NCBI GenBank assembly: GCA_041665505.1
Contig: JBAYIR010000001.1
Span: 147,108 to 211,107, forward strand
Direction of reading: 5' to 3'
From: Patescibacteria group bacterium
GTDB lineage: Bacteria; Patescibacteriota; Patescibacteriia; UBA1558; GWA2-36-10
DNA: 64,000 nucleotides
Part shown: piece after piece, positions 19,762-28,890 of the stretch
Layout of the letters: each line of letters begins with the position of its first letter
Position numbering within the stretch: the stretch's first letter is position 1
The notes under the pieces: generated by a model
The model's database searches: none
Seen by the model: the letters and a program-made list of their open reading frames with translations, nothing else
Told to the model about the DNA's origin: nothing
Program-made: the position numbers and the translations under genes

Positions 19762-21369
19762 ATGGCTAAAACCAAATACATTTTTATAACCGGCGGTGTA
19801 TGCTCAGGATTAGGCAAGGGAATTGCCTCTGCTTCTATCGGAGCAATACTGAAATCAGCCGGTTATTCTGTTTTTACTAGTAAATTGGATCCTTATCTCA
19901 ATATTGATCCAGGTACTATGAGTCCTTATCAGCACGGAGAAGTATTTGTGACAGATGATGGTACAGAAACAGATTTAGATTTGGGTCATTATGAGAGATT
20001 TATTGATACCAATCTTTCTAAGCTGTCCAATCTAACTACTGGTAGAGTTTATGACAAAGTTTTAAAAGGTGAAAGAACAGGAGCTTATCTTGGTAAGACT
20101 ATTCAAATTGTGCCCCATATTACCAATGAAATAAAAGCTTATATCCATAAGGCAGCTACAGAATCAAAGGCAGATTTTCTTTTGACAGAAATAGGCGGGA
20201 CAGTTGGCGATATAGAAGGTGAGCCGTTTTTGGAAGCACTAAGACAGTTTCATAATGAAATGGGAGATGAAAATGTCATGTTTGTGCATTTGACACTTTT
20301 GCCATATCTTTCCGCTTCTCGGGAATTAAAAACCAAACCAACTCAGATGTCGGTGCGAGAATTGCATAGACGAGGTATTCAGCCAGATATCATACTAGCT
20401 CGTTCTGATTTAAAGATTGAAAAAGAAGAGCTAAACAAAATTGCCATGTTTGCCGATGTTAACCCCAAGGCAGTTATTCCTGCTTTGACGGTTAGCAGTA
20501 TTTATGAAGTGCCATTGCTTTATGAAAAAAATAGTCATATTTCAGATATTATTTTTGATAAATTAAAATTACCAAAGAGAAAACCTAAATTAGAAGAATG
20601 GGAAGCTTTGGTTAAAAAAATTAAAACCACTAGCAAAAAATTACCAATTGCCTTGGTTGGCAAATACAATGAAAATATTGACGCTTATATCAGTGTAGTA
20701 GAAGCCTTAAAAGCCGCTTGCTATCACAATGGAGTAAAGCTTGATTTGGTTTGGATACATTCTGGAAAATTGGAAAAAGGTGATAAAAAAGAATTGGCTA
20801 AATTGAAAAAAGCAGCTGGTATTGTTGTGCCAGGTGGTTTTGGTAGTCGAGGAGTGGAAGGTAAAATTATGGCGGCCAAATATGCCAGAGAAAACAAAAA
20901 ACCATATTTGGGTCTTTGTTTGGGCATGCAGGTAGCCACCATTGAATTTGCTCGTCATATTTTGGGTACCAAAGAGGTCAATTCAACTGAGTTTGATAAA
21001 AATACCAAAAATCCAGTAATTCACTTTTTACCTGGTCATAGTGATGAAGAAGACAAGGGTGGCACACTGAGGTTGGGCGCTTATCCTTGTGTTTTGGAAA
21101 AAGATTCTCTGAGCTACAAAGCTTATGGTGTGAATAAAATTTCTGAGCGTCATAGACATAGATATGAATTCAATAATGATTATTTAGAAGTTTTGGCCAA
21201 AGGCGGTATGCGTTTTGCCGGATTTTCACCAGATAAAAAATTGGTAGAAATAATAGAATTAAAAGATCACCCTTATTTTGTAGCTTCTCAATTTCATCCA
21301 GAGTTTAAGAGTAGACCACTAAGACCGCATCCATTATTTCGAGATTTTATCAAAGCAGCTTTGAAATAA
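19762..21369 (+). CDS. pyrG: CTP synthase
   Basis: GGVCSGLGKG, GLCLGMQ, ERHRHRYE, QFHPEF. Confidence 0.98.
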   Translation: MAKTKYIFITGGVCSGLGKGIASASIGAILKSAGYSVFTSKLDPYLNIDPGTMSPYQHGEVFVTDDGTETDLDLGHYERFIDTNLSKLSNLTTGRVYDKVLKGERTGAYLGKTIQIVPHITNEIKAYIHKAATESKADFLLTEIGGTVGDIEGEPFLEALRQFHNEMGDENVMFVHLTLLPYLSASRELKTKPTQMSVRELHRRGIQPDIILARSDLKIEKEELNKIAMFADVNPKAVIPALTVSSIYEVPLLYEKNSHISDIIFDKLKLPKRKPKLEEWEALVKKIKTTSKKLPIALVGKYNENIDAYISVVEALKAACYHNGVKLDLVWIHSGKLEKGDKKELAKLKKAAGIVVPGGFGSRGVEGKIMAAKYARENKKPYLGLCLGMQVATIEFARHILGTKEVNSTEFDKNTKNPVIHFLPGHSDEEDKGGTLRLGAYPCVLEKDSLSYKAYGVNKISERHRHRYEFNNDYLEVLAKGGMRFAGFSPDKKLVEIIELKDHPYFVASQFHPEFKSRPLRPHPLFRDFIKAALK

Positions 21370-21373
21370 GTCT

Positions 21374-21988
21374 ATGAAAAATTTCAGAAATCAAGTAGGT
21401 CACGGCGAAGTTATCCAAATGCTTATAGTATCAGCAATAATAGGATCTATTTTTATAGCGGGCACTTATTTGTGGCAAGAAGTAAAAAATCAAAAATACA
21501 TAAATGAATTGATAGCCAAAATTGATAATATTTCCAAGATTATAGAAGTAGAAGAGATGAAAGATGAAGGTTATCAGTTGTTAGATAATGTATGTAATAC
21601 TGATCAATGTCTTTTTATTCATCCAAAGTATAATAACGTTTATGGTGTCGGCTATTTAACTGGTTATTATACTGAGTATTTAGATAAATTTTTTGGAGAT
21701 GAAAAATCTTGTGATTCCTTTACTATCACTGACGGAAATCAAGAGCTAATAAGTACAGTTATTGATATGGTAGATTCCGGAAATGCAATTTATCATAAAA
21801 ACGAGCTAGGTCAACCAATTATTAATTTTTCCTTAACACATTTGAGTGAAGATCAAAAAAATATTTTTTTAAATTCCACTGAAGATAATCCGGTCGAAGT
21901 CATTGTGTCAAAAACATACGACGAAAGGGCACCTTATTATCTTTGCTTTACTCAAATGGATATAATATCTATAAGAGAACCAAGATAA
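21374..21988 (+). CDS. Hypothetical membrane-anchored protein
   Basis: 204-aa ORF with an N-terminal TM helix. Confidence 0.65.
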   Translation: MKNFRNQVGHGEVIQMLIVSAIIGSIFIAGTYLWQEVKNQKYINELIAKIDNISKIIEVEEMKDEGYQLLDNVCNTDQCLFIHPKYNNVYGVGYLTGYYTEYLDKFFGDEKSCDSFTITDGNQELISTVIDMVDSGNAIYHKNELGQPIINFSLTHLSEDQKNIFLNSTEDNPVEVIVSKTYDERAPYYLCFTQMDIISIREPR

Positions 21989-22019
21989 AAATTTCATTAA
22001 AGCAGCTTTAAAATAAATT

Positions 22020-22044
22020 AAACACTCCGAAAGGGGTGTTTTTT
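22020..22044 (+). terminator. Intrinsic terminator
   Basis: aaacactcc-gaaa-ggggtgttt followed by ttt. Confidence 0.75.
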
Positions 22045-22115
22045 ATGGTATATTGTATATTTGTTAGTAGTCGTAGTATAATTATTACTATAATAATTAA
22101 ATTAAGGAGGTAAAT

Positions 22116-22883
22116 ATGTCAGAGGAATTACTTAATAACAAATGGGCTTGGAAAAATCCAGCCAACATTATGAAAATATTGGCTTTACTACTTTTGGCAG
22201 TAGTAATTTTGGCAGCAATTTTTAGAGAGCGTTTTGTTACTCCACCAATGTGGCAGGTATCAGTTGTTGGTAGAGGAGAGGTAGCTTATACACCTGATAT
22301 TGCCAAAGTAAATATTGGCGTTCAGGTAGATAAAGCTGCGGCCGCTGATGCTGCTTTAAAGCGTCTTAATGAGACTGTGGACAAAACTATAGAGGCTATT
22401 AGCAAATTGGGTATAGATAAAAAAGATATTCAAACCCAGAATTATTCGCTATATCCAGAATATAATTATATAGAAAATAATTCATCCATTGCTGGTTATA
22501 GTGCCAATCAAGGTCTGACTATAACTATTAGAAATATTTCTGAAGAAGCAGATTTGGTTAGCAAAGTCATAGGTGCTGCTACTTCAGCTGGGGCTAATCA
22601 GATAAATAATGTCAGTTTTGAAGCTTCTAATTTGGAAACATTAAAACAAGAAGCTAGAATAAAAGCTATTGCTGATGCTAAAAGCAAAGCAGTTCAACTT
22701 TCTTCAGCTGTTGGCATTAAACTGGATAAGATAGTTGGTTGGTGGGAAAATTTTGTTCAATCACCTGACACCTATTATCCTTATTATGATGGCAAAGGCG
22801 GAGCTGGTGCTGATCAAGCTAATATACCGAGTGGAGGATATACTTTGATTGTTGATATGAATTTAAGCTATCAAATTAAATAA
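22116..22883 (+). CDS. SIMPL (DUF541) domain protein
   Basis: VVGRGEV..TPDIA, DIQTQNYSLYPEY, AIADAKSKA; SD aaggagg. Confidence 0.9.
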   Translation: MSEELLNNKWAWKNPANIMKILALLLLAVVILAAIFRERFVTPPMWQVSVVGRGEVAYTPDIAKVNIGVQVDKAAAADAALKRLNETVDKTIEAISKLGIDKKDIQTQNYSLYPEYNYIENNSSIAGYSANQGLTITIRNISEEADLVSKVIGAATSAGANQINNVSFEASNLETLKQEARIKAIADAKSKAVQLSSAVGIKLDKIVGWWENFVQSPDTYYPYYDGKGGAGADQANIPSGGYTLIVDMNLSYQIK

Positions 22884-22884
22884 C

Positions 22885-22925
22885 AAAAAAGACCCTAGTT
22901 GCTAGAAAGCAGTTAGGGTCTTTTT
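22885..22925. terminator. Bidirectional terminator
   Basis: aaaaaagaccctagttgct-agaa-agcagttagggtcttttt between convergent genes. Confidence 0.8.
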
Positions 22926-22946
22926 GTTTGTTTAAAAATATTTAGC

Positions 22947-23867
22947 TTAGATTTTTTTGGGGAAAATAACTGATAAAATCATAGACGAACACAGAGCAAA
23001 CATAATTATACCAAAAGAAATTAAAGATGATATATGGACTCCAAATATTCCGGAGAGCATTTTTATGCCAATAAATAATAAGATAAAAGCTAAGCCTTTT
23101 TGTAGATGATGAAAACGATGTAAAATATTTTCAATTAAAAAGAATAGAGCCCTTAGTCCCATAATAGCAAAAATGTTGGAGGTAAAAACAATAAATAGAT
23201 TTTGGGAAATGGAGAATACCGCTGGGATAGAGTCAACAGCAAAGATTATATCAGTGGCTTCTATAAGTAGCATCACTAAAAACAAAGATGTAAACATAAA
23301 TTTACCATTTTCACGACAGAAAAATTTGCCGTTATGATGGTTGACACTAAAAGGTAGATGTTTACGAGCCAATTTTATAATTTTATTATTATTAAAATCA
23401 ACATGCTCTTCTTTTTTATCGCGTAATAATTTGAAACCAGTGTAGAGTAATATAGCGCCAAAGATATACAAGACCCAATAAAATTGGTGAATAATATAAG
23501 CACCAACCCCAATAAAAATTGCTCGAAAAATTATCGCCCCCATAATACCCCAAAATAAAACTCGGTGGTGGTATTTTTCTTCTAATTTAAAATAATTAAA
23601 AATCAGCATTATTACAAAAAGATTATCCACTGATAACATTTTTTCGGTTACATAAGCGCTCATAAATTGGGCAGCCATTTCTTGGCCCATATATAAGAAT
23701 ATTAAGAAACCAAAGATAATAGAAATTGCTATCCAAAAAAGTGATTGACTGAGAGCGGCTTTAAATTCTACCCTGTGACTTTTTCTATTAAAATAACCAA
23801 GGTCAATGATTAGAAAAATAATAATCACTGCCCCAAAAAGAATAAATAATTTTGTTTGGATGTCCAT
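22947..23867 (-). CDS. TerC/Alx family metal homeostasis membrane protein
   Basis: EKMLSVDNLFV, DIIFAVDSIPA, SNIFAIMGLRALFF. Confidence 0.93.
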   Translation of the reverse strand: MDIQTKLFILFGAVIIIFLIIDLGYFNRKSHRVEFKAALSQSLFWIAISIIFGFLIFLYMGQEMAAQFMSAYVTEKMLSVDNLFVIMLIFNYFKLEEKYHHRVLFWGIMGAIIFRAIFIGVGAYIIHQFYWVLYIFGAILLYTGFKLLRDKKEEHVDFNNNKIIKLARKHLPFSVNHHNGKFFCRENGKFMFTSLFLVMLLIEATDIIFAVDSIPAVFSISQNLFIVFTSNIFAIMGLRALFFLIENILHRFHHLQKGLAFILLFIGIKMLSGIFGVHISSLISFGIIMFALCSSMILSVIFPKKI

Positions 23868-24091
23868 AATAATAATTTTTTGTTAGGTGTTATATTTAAA
23901 AGTATAAATAAAAACCGGTCAGACCGGTTATAATTAATGTTGGCTCATAGCTTGAAAGCGCTTTTTAATAAAGACCTACCGCTTTTTTGCTCCTCAACAT
24001 TCAAGGTTTAATTATAATAACAAATAAGCAATTAGTGCGCAAGTATAAAATAAGTGTAGCGTGGCTCACGTGTAAGGATGTGATATGAAAG

Positions 24092-24619
24092 TTAAAAAAG
24101 TGCTTCTATTATTTCAAGGGCTTTTCTATTTGGCTGGTCAGTAATAATTTTTTTAGCATCGGTAATCGTCATCCATTTTGTGTTATGGAATTCTTTGGAG
24201 TCAACATTAAAATTGACACCGTCGGTTTCCATTCCATACCAAATATCGTAATGAGTCTTACAGGGCTGCACTTTATTTTCAATAGGAGTAATTGTGAGTA
24301 AAAATGGTAGTGGCAACTCTGAAAAATGATTCCTTACTCCAAGTTCTTCATCTATCTCTCGATTTAGTGTTTCCAAAAGTTCTTCACCTTTATCAATGTG
24401 TCCGCCGGGTGAAAGCCAAAGACCAGATTTTTTGTGATGAACAATAAAAACTTGTTTAGTCTTGGGGTTGTAAGGCAAAAAGTACGCGCAGAAATGAGTT
24501 TGTGGATTTTCATCTCTTGTGAAAACGCCTGCTTCTAATCTTTTTAAAAAACTTAAATGAGTCTGTTTGCTATCACAAATTGGGAGATTTATGATTTTTG
24601 TTATTTGGTCGTATAGCAT
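24092..24619 (-). CDS. NUDIX hydrolase
   Basis: Nudix box PGGHIDKGEELLETLNREIDEELG. Start set at ATG 24619. Confidence 0.88.
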   Translation of the reverse strand: MLYDQITKIINLPICDSKQTHLSFLKRLEAGVFTRDENPQTHFCAYFLPYNPKTKQVFIVHHKKSGLWLSPGGHIDKGEELLETLNREIDEELGVRNHFSELPLPFLLTITPIENKVQPCKTHYDIWYGMETDGVNFNVDSKEFHNTKWMTITDAKKIITDQPNRKALEIIEALF

Positions 24620-24650
24620 ATTTTTTAACTTATTATAATTTAAGTATACC

Positions 24651-24677
24651 AAAAAATCGCCTTTAGGGCGATTTTTT
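24651..24677 (-). terminator. Terminator, probably the original tRNA-Gln terminator displaced by island insertion
   Basis: aaaaaatcgcc...ggcgatttttt, 5 nt from the left att core. Confidence 0.7.
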
Positions 24678-24682
24678 AGATG

Positions 24683-24689
24683 TTGGCTC
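24683..24689. repeat. att core (left junction)
   Basis: ttggctc, identical to 34591-34597. Confidence 0.75.
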
Positions 24690-24768
24690 CCCTTCGTGGA
24701 AGAGTTCAGAACTCTTAACTGGGTTAGCATTAAAAGCGAACTTGAATTTAGTGGCATATTAAATCTTT

Positions 24769-25335
24769 TTACTGTGCCCATAACCTCTCGGTAAAATCAG
24801 ATAATTTTTCTGATAATGGCTCAATTCTTTTTAACCCATTCTTTATGATTGTTGGAGTTATTTTTAACTTTCTGAAATTTATCAGGCCATCAATTTTATT
24901 TGTTTTTACACTAACTCTTACATAACCATCTTTATCAAGAGTATACCATTTGGCGTGTGCTATTTTATTTCTCAAGACACATAAGTTATCAAGTTTATTT
25001 CTAAATTCTTTAATTTGAAGCAATTTTTGTTCTTTTCTCTTCTCCGCACAACATACTAATGGATAAACCAAATCATAGAAAAGTTCAATTTTTGATGAAA
25101 AATCTAAATTTTTTAATACCGCATATCCAGTGTCGTGTGAACCGTGACCCAATAATTCGGCAATTTCAATATCAAGTGTATGTTCGAGATTGCTGAATTC
25201 TATTAGGAATTTACCGATAAGAGGTGCATACTTATCTCTTTTTTTATACATCAAATCTTCATCAATATAATCATATTGGTCCAATCTTTCCAATTTTGTT
25301 TCTAAATCATTTTTGGGCTTAGCTCTTTTTTTCAT
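24769..25335 (-). CDS. Hypothetical protein with HEPN-like RxxxxH motif
   Basis: All-helical protein containing LRNKIAH. Confidence 0.6.
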   Translation of the reverse strand: MKKRAKPKNDLETKLERLDQYDYIDEDLMYKKRDKYAPLIGKFLIEFSNLEHTLDIEIAELLGHGSHDTGYAVLKNLDFSSKIELFYDLVYPLVCCAEKRKEQKLLQIKEFRNKLDNLCVLRNKIAHAKWYTLDKDGYVRVSVKTNKIDGLINFRKLKITPTIIKNGLKRIEPLSEKLSDFTERLWAQ

Positions 25336-25395
25336 AAGTGGCTTAATTTATTGTATTTTAACATAACTTAGTGTAAAGTAAAGTAAATTAGTAAT

Positions 25396-26667
25396 ATGAC
25401 TGTGCAGAAAAAAGAAACGTTTAAATACGAAGAAAAATCATACTATAAGCCTTTTGATTATATAAATAAAGACCTTGATTTGCTATTTATACTTATTTTC
25501 ATTGAAGAATTCAAGAGACAGAATAACGAACTTAACTTTGGCAATTTCTTTAAGGGTAATTACTGGGACATTGACCAAGTCAACGACGAGGTTATGGATA
25601 CAAATGATTATCAATCTGTGTCCGATATGGTACTTGAACAAGCCCTCTTCATCTTTGAGGATATAAGAATAGGTAAAATTATTGAAGTTGGCATTGATAA
25701 TACTGATGAATCTATTAAAGATTTACTTGTTGAAGTTGCAAAAATAGGGCCAGAGAATGCCAAAAAAGATGCACCAAACTATTATTATCCTTTTGAACAA
25801 CTATTTTTTATCGCTAACCAAGAACGAGAGGTAAGGCTAAAACAATTAGAACAAAATCCCGATTTAGATATAGGGATATTCTTAAAAGATAAAAGCGTCT
25901 TTTTCACTAAAGAGCACGGCTATTTCCGCGCCCTCCAACCTTTCATTATTGATATTCCGACACATATATTGATTAGGGTTAAATATAACGCAACAAAAAT
26001 AAAAGAAATTGAAAAAGAAATTTTTGATTATTTAGAAGATTTTTCTAATGATAAATATATAGAAAAATTGCCTCGCTATCAGGAAAAAAGATTGTATTTT
26101 GCTCAACAAATTGAAAATTTTTATCGTTATGTGAGCCGATTAAATTTAATTGGCGATACTATAAATATACCTTTTACCATTCTTAATGAGAGTGGTTTTG
26201 AAACAGTAAAAATACTTAGATTTTTAGAATTAAAAGAAGTTATAAAGATAAGATGGTCTGATGAAGGTTCTTGGAAGGTTCAATTTACTAAACTACCAAT
26301 TACTCCAGAAAGTTTATTGGGTATAAAATCAGAAAATGCTAAAACTTATACCAGTCTTAAGTCTGGCTTAGCTTATGATGAAACTAGCTCCACATTAACT
26401 ATTGGCGAATATAATATAAAAATAAATGGTCCAGACCAAAAAGATTTTATTAGAATTATTTTTAAGAATCAAAAAGAACTTAATAAAGAGTGGTTTTTTT
26501 CAGAAATTTGCGAGATATTTGACCCTGCGATGGATAATAATGATAAGAAGTTCTATAATGCGTCCTATCAGGTCAATCTAAAAATTGCTCAAAAAACTCT
26601 AATAAAAGATTTCCTATTAACAACAAAACATAGTGTTAGGGTTAATCCAAAATATATAAACAGCTAA
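25396..26667 (+). CDS. Hypothetical protein, possible C-terminal winged helix
   Basis: 423-aa ORF. C-terminus EWFFSEICEIF..KKFYNASYQVNLKI..VRVNP. Confidence 0.6.
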   Translation: MTVQKKETFKYEEKSYYKPFDYINKDLDLLFILIFIEEFKRQNNELNFGNFFKGNYWDIDQVNDEVMDTNDYQSVSDMVLEQALFIFEDIRIGKIIEVGIDNTDESIKDLLVEVAKIGPENAKKDAPNYYYPFEQLFFIANQEREVRLKQLEQNPDLDIGIFLKDKSVFFTKEHGYFRALQPFIIDIPTHILIRVKYNATKIKEIEKEIFDYLEDFSNDKYIEKLPRYQEKRLYFAQQIENFYRYVSRLNLIGDTINIPFTILNESGFETVKILRFLELKEVIKIRWSDEGSWKVQFTKLPITPESLLGIKSENAKTYTSLKSGLAYDETSSTLTIGEYNIKINGPDQKDFIRIIFKNQKELNKEWFFSEICEIFDPAMDNNDKKFYNASYQVNLKIAQKTLIKDFLLTTKHSVRVNPKYINS

Positions 26668-26691
26668 GCCAACTTAGACCATTGATTTGAT

Positions 26692-26723
26692 AACCTGTAG
26701 GTATAACAACCTACGGGTTTTTT
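26692..26723 (+). terminator. Intrinsic terminator
   Basis: aacctgtagg-tataacaa-cctacgggtt followed by tttt. Confidence 0.6.
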
Positions 26724-26886
26724 ATGCAGGAAATTGGCACAGACAAAAATATAGATACAAATCTTAAAATTAAAGACCTTCCTCTTGAGGATGGGCAGAA
26801 TTTGGTTAATGTTTTTGTTTGGCTTATCCAAGAAGATAAGAAGCAAAACCCTGAATTTTATCAATTTAATAAGCAAGAATAAATAT

Positions 26887-27999
26887 ATGATTGACACAAT
26901 ATGCCTTTTAATTCCTAAAGAAAATATGATTTATCTCTCGGGAGTAGCTACTTGGGAACTTTATTCTAAAACCGACCAATACGAAAAATATGTACGTAAT
27001 CCTAGTAAAGCAGAAAAAGAGACTGGTAAATACTTTCCTAGACTAACTGGGTACAAAAGACGCTACTCCCAAGATGCGAATGTTCGTATAGAATTTTCGG
27101 CTCCTAAGCTACTATACTTAAACAACTTGGATGAATTAGAAGATAAGGATTTTCCGAAAATAATTGAGGTCTTACAAGAAAGATTGGAAACTATGGGAGT
27201 AAGGGTTTTTAAGGTTATTCTTGAAAATGCCTGCGTAAGTTCAGTTCATTTTTCAAAAAATATCTTACTTCAAGACGGCTATACGTCAAATCATTTAATA
27301 TCAGAAATGAGTAAAATTGACCTCCGTAAAAACTTTGATTTTGCCAAAACTAGATTTATGAATGATGGTCAGAGCCTCTATGCTCATACAACTGCTCACC
27401 AATTTGTTATTTATGACAAAATAGCCGACCTCAACAAAGACAAAAAACGAGCAATTGATAAGGAACAAACAGGTTATCAAAGAAGTCTATTTGATGAGCT
27501 AAAAAAGGAAACGCAAGAAATAATACGTTTTGAAATCAGAATAAACCACAAACAAAAATTAAATAAACTTCTTGAGAGTTTTGGTTATAGGAAAAATCCA
27601 GTTTTTAAACAAGTATTTAATTCGGAAATGAGCCAGAAAATCGTTACCGATTATTGGGTAAAGCTTATTAAAAAAAGAAATCTTGGTATTTTTTCAATAT
27701 CATTGAGCCTAAAGGATGCCCTGCAAACATTATTTTTAGCAGATAAAACACTAAAACCTAAGCAAGCGGTTTATTTACTAGGACTTTTTATGCTAGCTAG
27801 AGATGAAAATGGTATACGACAACTACGGACTATCGTTTCAAAAAGGGCACGTGATAGGACTTGGTATCGTATAGCAAATGATATGCAACTGGCTAGTGAG
27901 TTAATCACTAAAAATAAAATTAGAGATTGGGTCACACAAATCGATAAAAATTTAGAAAATTATAAACCCTATAAAAGAAAAGATTATGAAAATAAATAA
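26887..27999 (+). CDS. Putative phage/plasmid rolling-circle replication initiator (gene II/X, Rep_trans-like)
   Basis: MIDTI N-terminus, IEFSAPKLL, IYDK, IRFEIR motifs. Start set at ATG 26887. Confidence 0.65.
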   Translation: MIDTICLLIPKENMIYLSGVATWELYSKTDQYEKYVRNPSKAEKETGKYFPRLTGYKRRYSQDANVRIEFSAPKLLYLNNLDELEDKDFPKIIEVLQERLETMGVRVFKVILENACVSSVHFSKNILLQDGYTSNHLISEMSKIDLRKNFDFAKTRFMNDGQSLYAHTTAHQFVIYDKIADLNKDKKRAIDKEQTGYQRSLFDELKKETQEIIRFEIRINHKQKLNKLLESFGYRKNPVFKQVFNSEMSQKIVTDYWVKLIKKRNLGIFSISLSLKDALQTLFLADKTLKPKQAVYLLGLFMLARDENGIRQLRTIVSKRARDRTWYRIANDMQLASELITKNKIRDWVTQIDKNLENYKPYKRKDYENK

Positions 28000-28138
28000 A
28001 AATAAGATTAGCACTATTGAGCGGTTTCAGAAAGGTATGAGATTATCCCTCAAGCAGTATTATAAACAAGCTTTTTCTGAACGAGTTAAGAAAGGTTTGA
28101 TGGTAAAAAATAAGAAAAAATTATCCACTTTTGATTAA
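27986..28138 (+). CDS. 50-aa protein resembling serine recombinase helix E (not in ORF track)
   Basis: MKINKNKISTIERFQKGMRLSLKQYYKQAFSERVKKGLMVKNKKKLSTFD. Overlaps the Rep stop and aligns ungapped to the element's recombinase. Confidence 0.65.
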   Translation: MKINKNKISTIERFQKGMRLSLKQYYKQAFSERVKKGLMVKNKKKLSTFD

Positions 28139-28139
28139 G

Positions 28140-28168
28140 TTGCAATGTAAAGCAGAGTAAAGTATAAT
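28140..28168 (+). promoter_or_regulatory. Putative promoter of the glycosylase-xis-mod-res-recombinase operon
   Basis: TTGCAA, 17 bp spacer, TATAAT. Confidence 0.6.
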
Positions 28169-28180
28169 GAACACAACAAT

Positions 28181-28699
28181 ATGTTGGTAGATAGCATACA
28201 AAAATACATATCATTGTATGATGCTGAAAGATATTTGTTTGAAGTTCTTGGTCCAAAGATAAGGGAGAACGGCTACATAACTTTCAAAGATTTTTATGAT
28301 ATATGTATGTGGAAATCAGCTAGGCAGAAACAAAATTATTTAAAGAATAAAGATGTAGTTGAAGAGATTACAAGAAAAGCATTGAATCAGAGTGATGAGA
28401 TTGATAGAATAAATACTTTACGTCAATTAAAAGGTGTTGAGATAAAAACAGCATCAGCAATTTTAACAATCATTTTTCCAGAGAAATATGCCGTTATGGA
28501 TGAGAGGTGCTTGGATATATTGATAGATTATGGTTTTCGGATTAGCAAATATCCGACTATTAAAACTTGGATACAATACATAGGAATAATGAGAAGTTTG
28601 GCCAAAGAAAATAATGTTAGCCCTAGAGAATTAGATATGGCCTTTTTTGCAATACATAGGGAAAAGTTAGAAAAGGCAAATTTTAAAAACTTATATTAG
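28181..28699 (+). CDS. Helix-hairpin-helix DNA glycosylase-like protein
   Basis: LRQLKGVEIKTASAIL...P..YAVMDER (HhH followed by a conserved Asp), ELDMAFF. Confidence 0.65.
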   Translation: MLVDSIQKYISLYDAERYLFEVLGPKIRENGYITFKDFYDICMWKSARQKQNYLKNKDVVEEITRKALNQSDEIDRINTLRQLKGVEIKTASAILTIIFPEKYAVMDERCLDILIDYGFRISKYPTIKTWIQYIGIMRSLAKENNVSPRELDMAFFAIHREKLEKANFKNLY

Positions 28700-28705
28700 T
28701 AAATT

Positions 28706-28888
28706 ATGATAGCAAAAGAAAAAGATTTTTATAAAGCAGAAGACTTGGCCCGAGTATTAGAGGTAAACATTATGACAATTTACCGATATATAAAAGCAGG
28801 TCGACTAAAAGCATACAAAATAGGCCGTGAGTTTCGGATTGATAAAGCTGATTTTCAATCTTTCTTAAAAAAAGTTAGTACAAAATAG
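28706..28888 (+). CDS. Excisionase-like MerR-type HTH protein
   Basis: LARVLEVNIMTIYRYIKAGRLKAYKIGREFRI. Confidence 0.88.
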   Translation: MIAKEKDFYKAEDLARVLEVNIMTIYRYIKAGRLKAYKIGREFRIDKADFQSFLKKVSTK

Positions 28889-28890
28889 TT

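Noticed and set aside
24620-24781. N-terminal extension of the NUDIX ORF in the ORF track
   Set aside because: It crosses the att site and a terminator; the real start is more likely ATG 24619.
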